Source: the human T2T-CHM13v2.0 reference genome, Homo sapiens
DNA: 64,000 nt
Reading direction: 5' to 3' (one strand)
NCBI RefSeq assembly: GCF_009914755.1
Contig: NC_060929.1
Numbering within the stretch: position 1 is the first letter of the stretch; every line of letters begins with the position of its first letter. Under the pieces are notes generated by a model that saw only the letters and a list, made by a program, of their open reading frames with translations, was not told where the DNA came from and ran no database searches. This document shows positions 58,281 through 64,000 of the stretch, in pieces. Made by a program: the position numbers and the translations under genes.

Positions 58281-59189
58281 TTGCCTGTGGTGGTATGGCC
58301 TGATTGGTTGGTCTGATTTGTTGGCCATGGGAATGACAGGAAGCCACATATTAAAGGACTCTCCCTTGAGGTGTCTTAGGAAGAGCCCCAATGATCAGGT
58401 GAAGTCCTTGGCTCTTTCTGAAGCAGCCAAATGTGTATAAAACGGTGCTATGTAAGTTCGATGAAGAAGTTCATTTATAGAACATATCCTTGCTCTAGAA
58501 ATATGTCATTACAGAGCATAGTGATACATTGCCTATGTATTATCCCACACTAAGAAACAAACCATATTTATTCAAACCAATGACCTATTAGGCTGAATTC
58601 AAATTATTTGCTGAAAGCAAATAACTAATTTTCACTTACACAGGGAATTTTTTAACATGTTGATGCATGTGTCACCACCTGCAAAACACTGTGTTTTTTC
58701 AGAGTATCTAGTTTAATTAAGGAACTTCACTAAAATGAGGCATTATCCAAATAGCTGTATCCATCTGTTATTGTGGAGAGAGGAAGGGAAGGGGAAAATT
58801 CAGAGATAACATGCTGACCTTAACATGCAACTAAGGATAAATATTTTCTGCTTTCAGAGCATTATCCAGTATTCTTTTTAAAAGATAGGTCTGCCTATTA
58901 GCTAGTTGGCAATGCCCTTTGTCTCCCACCAAGAAGACATCTGAAAGGCTGTTTCTGCAGGAAATGCCAGGAAGGCTTTCTGGTCTTCCCTACAACCAAT
59001 AGGTGTTATAAGTCTCACCCATGTTCTTGTCTATGCTTATGTGACGATATCTAATGAGACAAAAAGATCCAGTCAGTCCAATATACCACTGATTTTTAAG
59101 ATGACCCCAAACAGGGAAAACAGAAGTTAAAGATCACTGCCAGTTACAGGATAATTAATTTTAAATAGTTTTATTACAATGACAAATTA

Positions 59190-59415
59190 AAATTCAGGAA
59201 AGTCAAGCTTTGGATCACGCCTGGGTTTGAGTCTTGGCTCCACCAGCTATTGGTTTTGTAACATTCGGTAAGTCATTTAACAGCTCTGGGTCTCAAATTC
59301 TCATTCTGTGAAGTGTGAATAATGCCTAAGTCTCAGGATTATTATAAAAAATAAACAGATAAGTCAAAGTATGAAAGGTGATTAACATACTGCCTGGAGC
59401 AAAGCAAATACTCAG
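59190..59415 (+). mobile_element. MIR
   Basis: cctgggtttgagtcttggctccacc...gtaagtcatttaacagctctgggtctca. Confidence 0.7.
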
Positions 59416-60245
59416 AAAAAATTCAACTTTCATAGCTTTCTTTTTTCTGGGAGCCAGAATTTCATATTTTTTTCACACCCTCAATTGCATATGTTTTGTG
59501 CCCTGTAAGTTCAAGTATTCAAGGCAATATATTTCCACTAATTTCCTAACAGAGTACATATTTCTGTTTACACTTAATGTTGAATGCATGTAGACACAGC
59601 CTTAAGCAAGTGATTTCTGCTGCCAGATATTATGGTGGAATACAATTATTCGAGAATGACTAATTTTCATTGAGTTCCTACTAAGTGGCAGTTGCTTTGT
59701 AAAGCACTAGGGAAAGAATAAAAAGAATAAGACATACTTTCCGCCTGTGAGGCATTCACAATCTAGCAGGAAAGGATTAAGTTAACTAAACCATGTATCC
59801 CATAAAGTTATATGAAAGGGAAGGTGGGACACAAAGGCATGATCAAGAAATAAATCTTGAGAAAGGTAATGTTTCATAAGGGCCTTGGATAGTAAGTCAA
59901 ATTTTAACAGGAAGAAAGGAGAGTAAGGACATGTTGGACAAAAGTCTTGGAAACAGACTAGAAAGGACCTAGGATGGCAACATTTAAGTATTTACTATTT
60001 GGAATGGCAAGAATTTAATGAGGTATATAAAGCAGGAGAGTGACAGCACTGTATCAATAGAAATAACTGATAAAATAAAAACTAGTCTGCACTTAGCCAA
60101 CCATACCCAAGGTTCTATTTTGCTAACATTAGTGTGCTTAGTGTGCCAGATTTTTTTCTATTCAATTGTAAATGTATGTGGTTGCACACACACTATAAAT
60201 ACATTTCTCTGCATGAGTTGCATATGCAAATACGTATATAGGAGG

Positions 60246-61936
60246 CAGAACTTCCAGAGTGACAGAGTCAAGAGCTAGGAGTAACCTAGCCTAGAAAAGG
60301 AGTAACCTTTTCTTGGCAAAACAAAAATTTTATTGTTGAAGACCATAAAAAATATTTATAGTCTAGGGAAATTGTCTAAGAGCATACAGGAATTGAAGAA
60401 TCATTCACTGGAAAAATCTACTAAGTCTCAGTAAGAACAGTGAGTTTCTATAGTATTTGGGTCATGACCCACTTCCTTTCTACCCCCTTCAGCCCAGCAT
60501 GCAAAAAACTATATTGCAGATTGGTATAGCCAAAAACACAGGGCTCCCTTTTCTGATCCTTTCCCCCACCCCAGCTTTCATCTACGGAGCTCTGCAACGC
60601 TGCCTGAGGGTTTTTATTATTATTATTGTTGTTGTTAAAAAGCATGGGGAACTCTGTGACTAAGAGAAGTATTCAAAATAATGGATATCTTAGTGGTGAG
60701 AAATTAAGAGAGACTAGAAGCTCCATGATACAAAGCATGATGCAATAGAGGGAAACATTCAGAGCTTTAATAGAGAGAACAAGGAAAAGAGATATCTAAG
60801 AAGAGTACTCCTGGAATCATACTCAACCCCGGGAGTCAAGAAGGCTGTGCTTCGCTCACTCAGAAGCAATCAGCACAGGAAGTGGACAGACTTGAAGGTG
60901 TTTTCAAAACCACACACAGACCAATTACAAGGGCACACCCCTCAATGGCACAAATGCTTAAATTCAACTTCTTATGAAACAAACACTTACTGGCAAGCTT
61001 CTCTGACACAAGTGTGAACTCCTAGGAAGCTATGTTTAGAAATAAATCATAGCCACCACTGGTAGTCTGAAAGAGTGTGCATGCCCAATGCTGTGCCCTC
61101 AAAACAGCAATGAGAAGAATAACCTCCAAGGTCTTGGTCCCAAGCTGAATTTAGACAGTAGTCTGTAAGCCACATACATATTCAACATATCAACATATGG
61201 AGGAAAGATCTTACTGGCTGAGAGAGTTTAATCATAACATTTGACTAATAAGTGGCTATGCTGACTAGGACTGACCTATAAGTAGCCAAGCTACAAGATT
61301 AAAACAAACAAACCAAAAAAAAATCTGACCAGGGACATAAGAGACTGCATGCTGAAAAGTAATGGATTTCAACCATGTTACTAAACAAATAAACAAACAA
61401 AAAACCAATCAAATAACAATTACTCCTTCCTGTAGCGGATCTATATTCAGATTTGTTATACTATCTAAAATAAGCTGTTTTCAATAAAAAGTTAGGAGAC
61501 ATGGAAAGAATGTGAATGTAATGCATACACAGGGAAAATGGTCAATAGAAGCCGACTTTGAAAAGGTACATAATATAAACACGTTAAAAAAACTAAGGGA
61601 AATAATGCGTCAAGAATATGATAAAGTAATATACACTATTTAAATAAAAACAAATGAAAATTCTCCAGTTAAAAGGTAGAATAACCAAAATAAATCTCAA
61701 CAGATTTGAGCTGGCAGAAAATAATCATTGTCTTGAGGACAAGTCAATAGAGATTACAAAATAATAACAGACCATCAAAACATATAAAGAAAAAAATTGA
61801 CAGATTTAAAGGGAGAAATAAACAGTTCTACAATAATAGTTGGAGATTTCAATGTCCTACTCTCAATCATGTATAGAACATACTAGTCTCAAAATAAATA
61901 AGAAAATAGAGGACTTGAACACAATAAACCAAGTAG
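60246..61936 (+). mobile_element. Ancient L1M 5' part (5' UTR, ORF1 relic, EN domain)
   Basis: About 61830-61855 reads TIIVGDFN (L1 endonuclease). ORF1-like aacagatttgagctggcagaa. Confidence 0.65.

Positions 61937-64000
<2,064 letters not shown>

Noticed and set aside
58290-58350. CCAAT/ETS promoter-like motifs
   Set aside because: Short motifs with no CpG island or gene context; expected by chance.

Overview
Primate genomic DNA (hominoid-like: AluY, L1PA2-4 and LTR12 are present). It is AT-rich and dominated by repeats, and I can support no host protein-coding exon. Every long ORF in the track is L1 ORF2, L1/Alu antisense or low-complexity sequence. Contents: the 3' half of a decayed class III ERV (pol, gamma-type env and 3' LTR) with an LTR12 nested in its LTR; three young L1PA copies; a head-to-tail pair of old L1MA elements; a MaLR provirus; several solo LTRs; about ten Alus; and many L2, MIR and MER relics. 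The best finding is a single TSD-flanked insertion at 7678-10464. It is a twin-primed (5'-inverted) L1PA with a 5'-truncated U6 snRNA copy sitting exactly at the inversion junction. The two L1 pieces are base-contiguous, and a U6 ATG is in frame with the ORF2 RT domain. Other findings: a 38-bp micro-retroinsertion with a perfect 14-bp TSD, a TSD-flanked Alu left monomer, a cluster of direct and inverted duplications at 5.1-6.9 kb, a 49-bp locally templated copy, and a cryptic ~270-bp tandem block at 16.1-17.1 kb. I see no convincing wholly new multi-gene system. Subfamily names come from recalled consensus features, not a database search.
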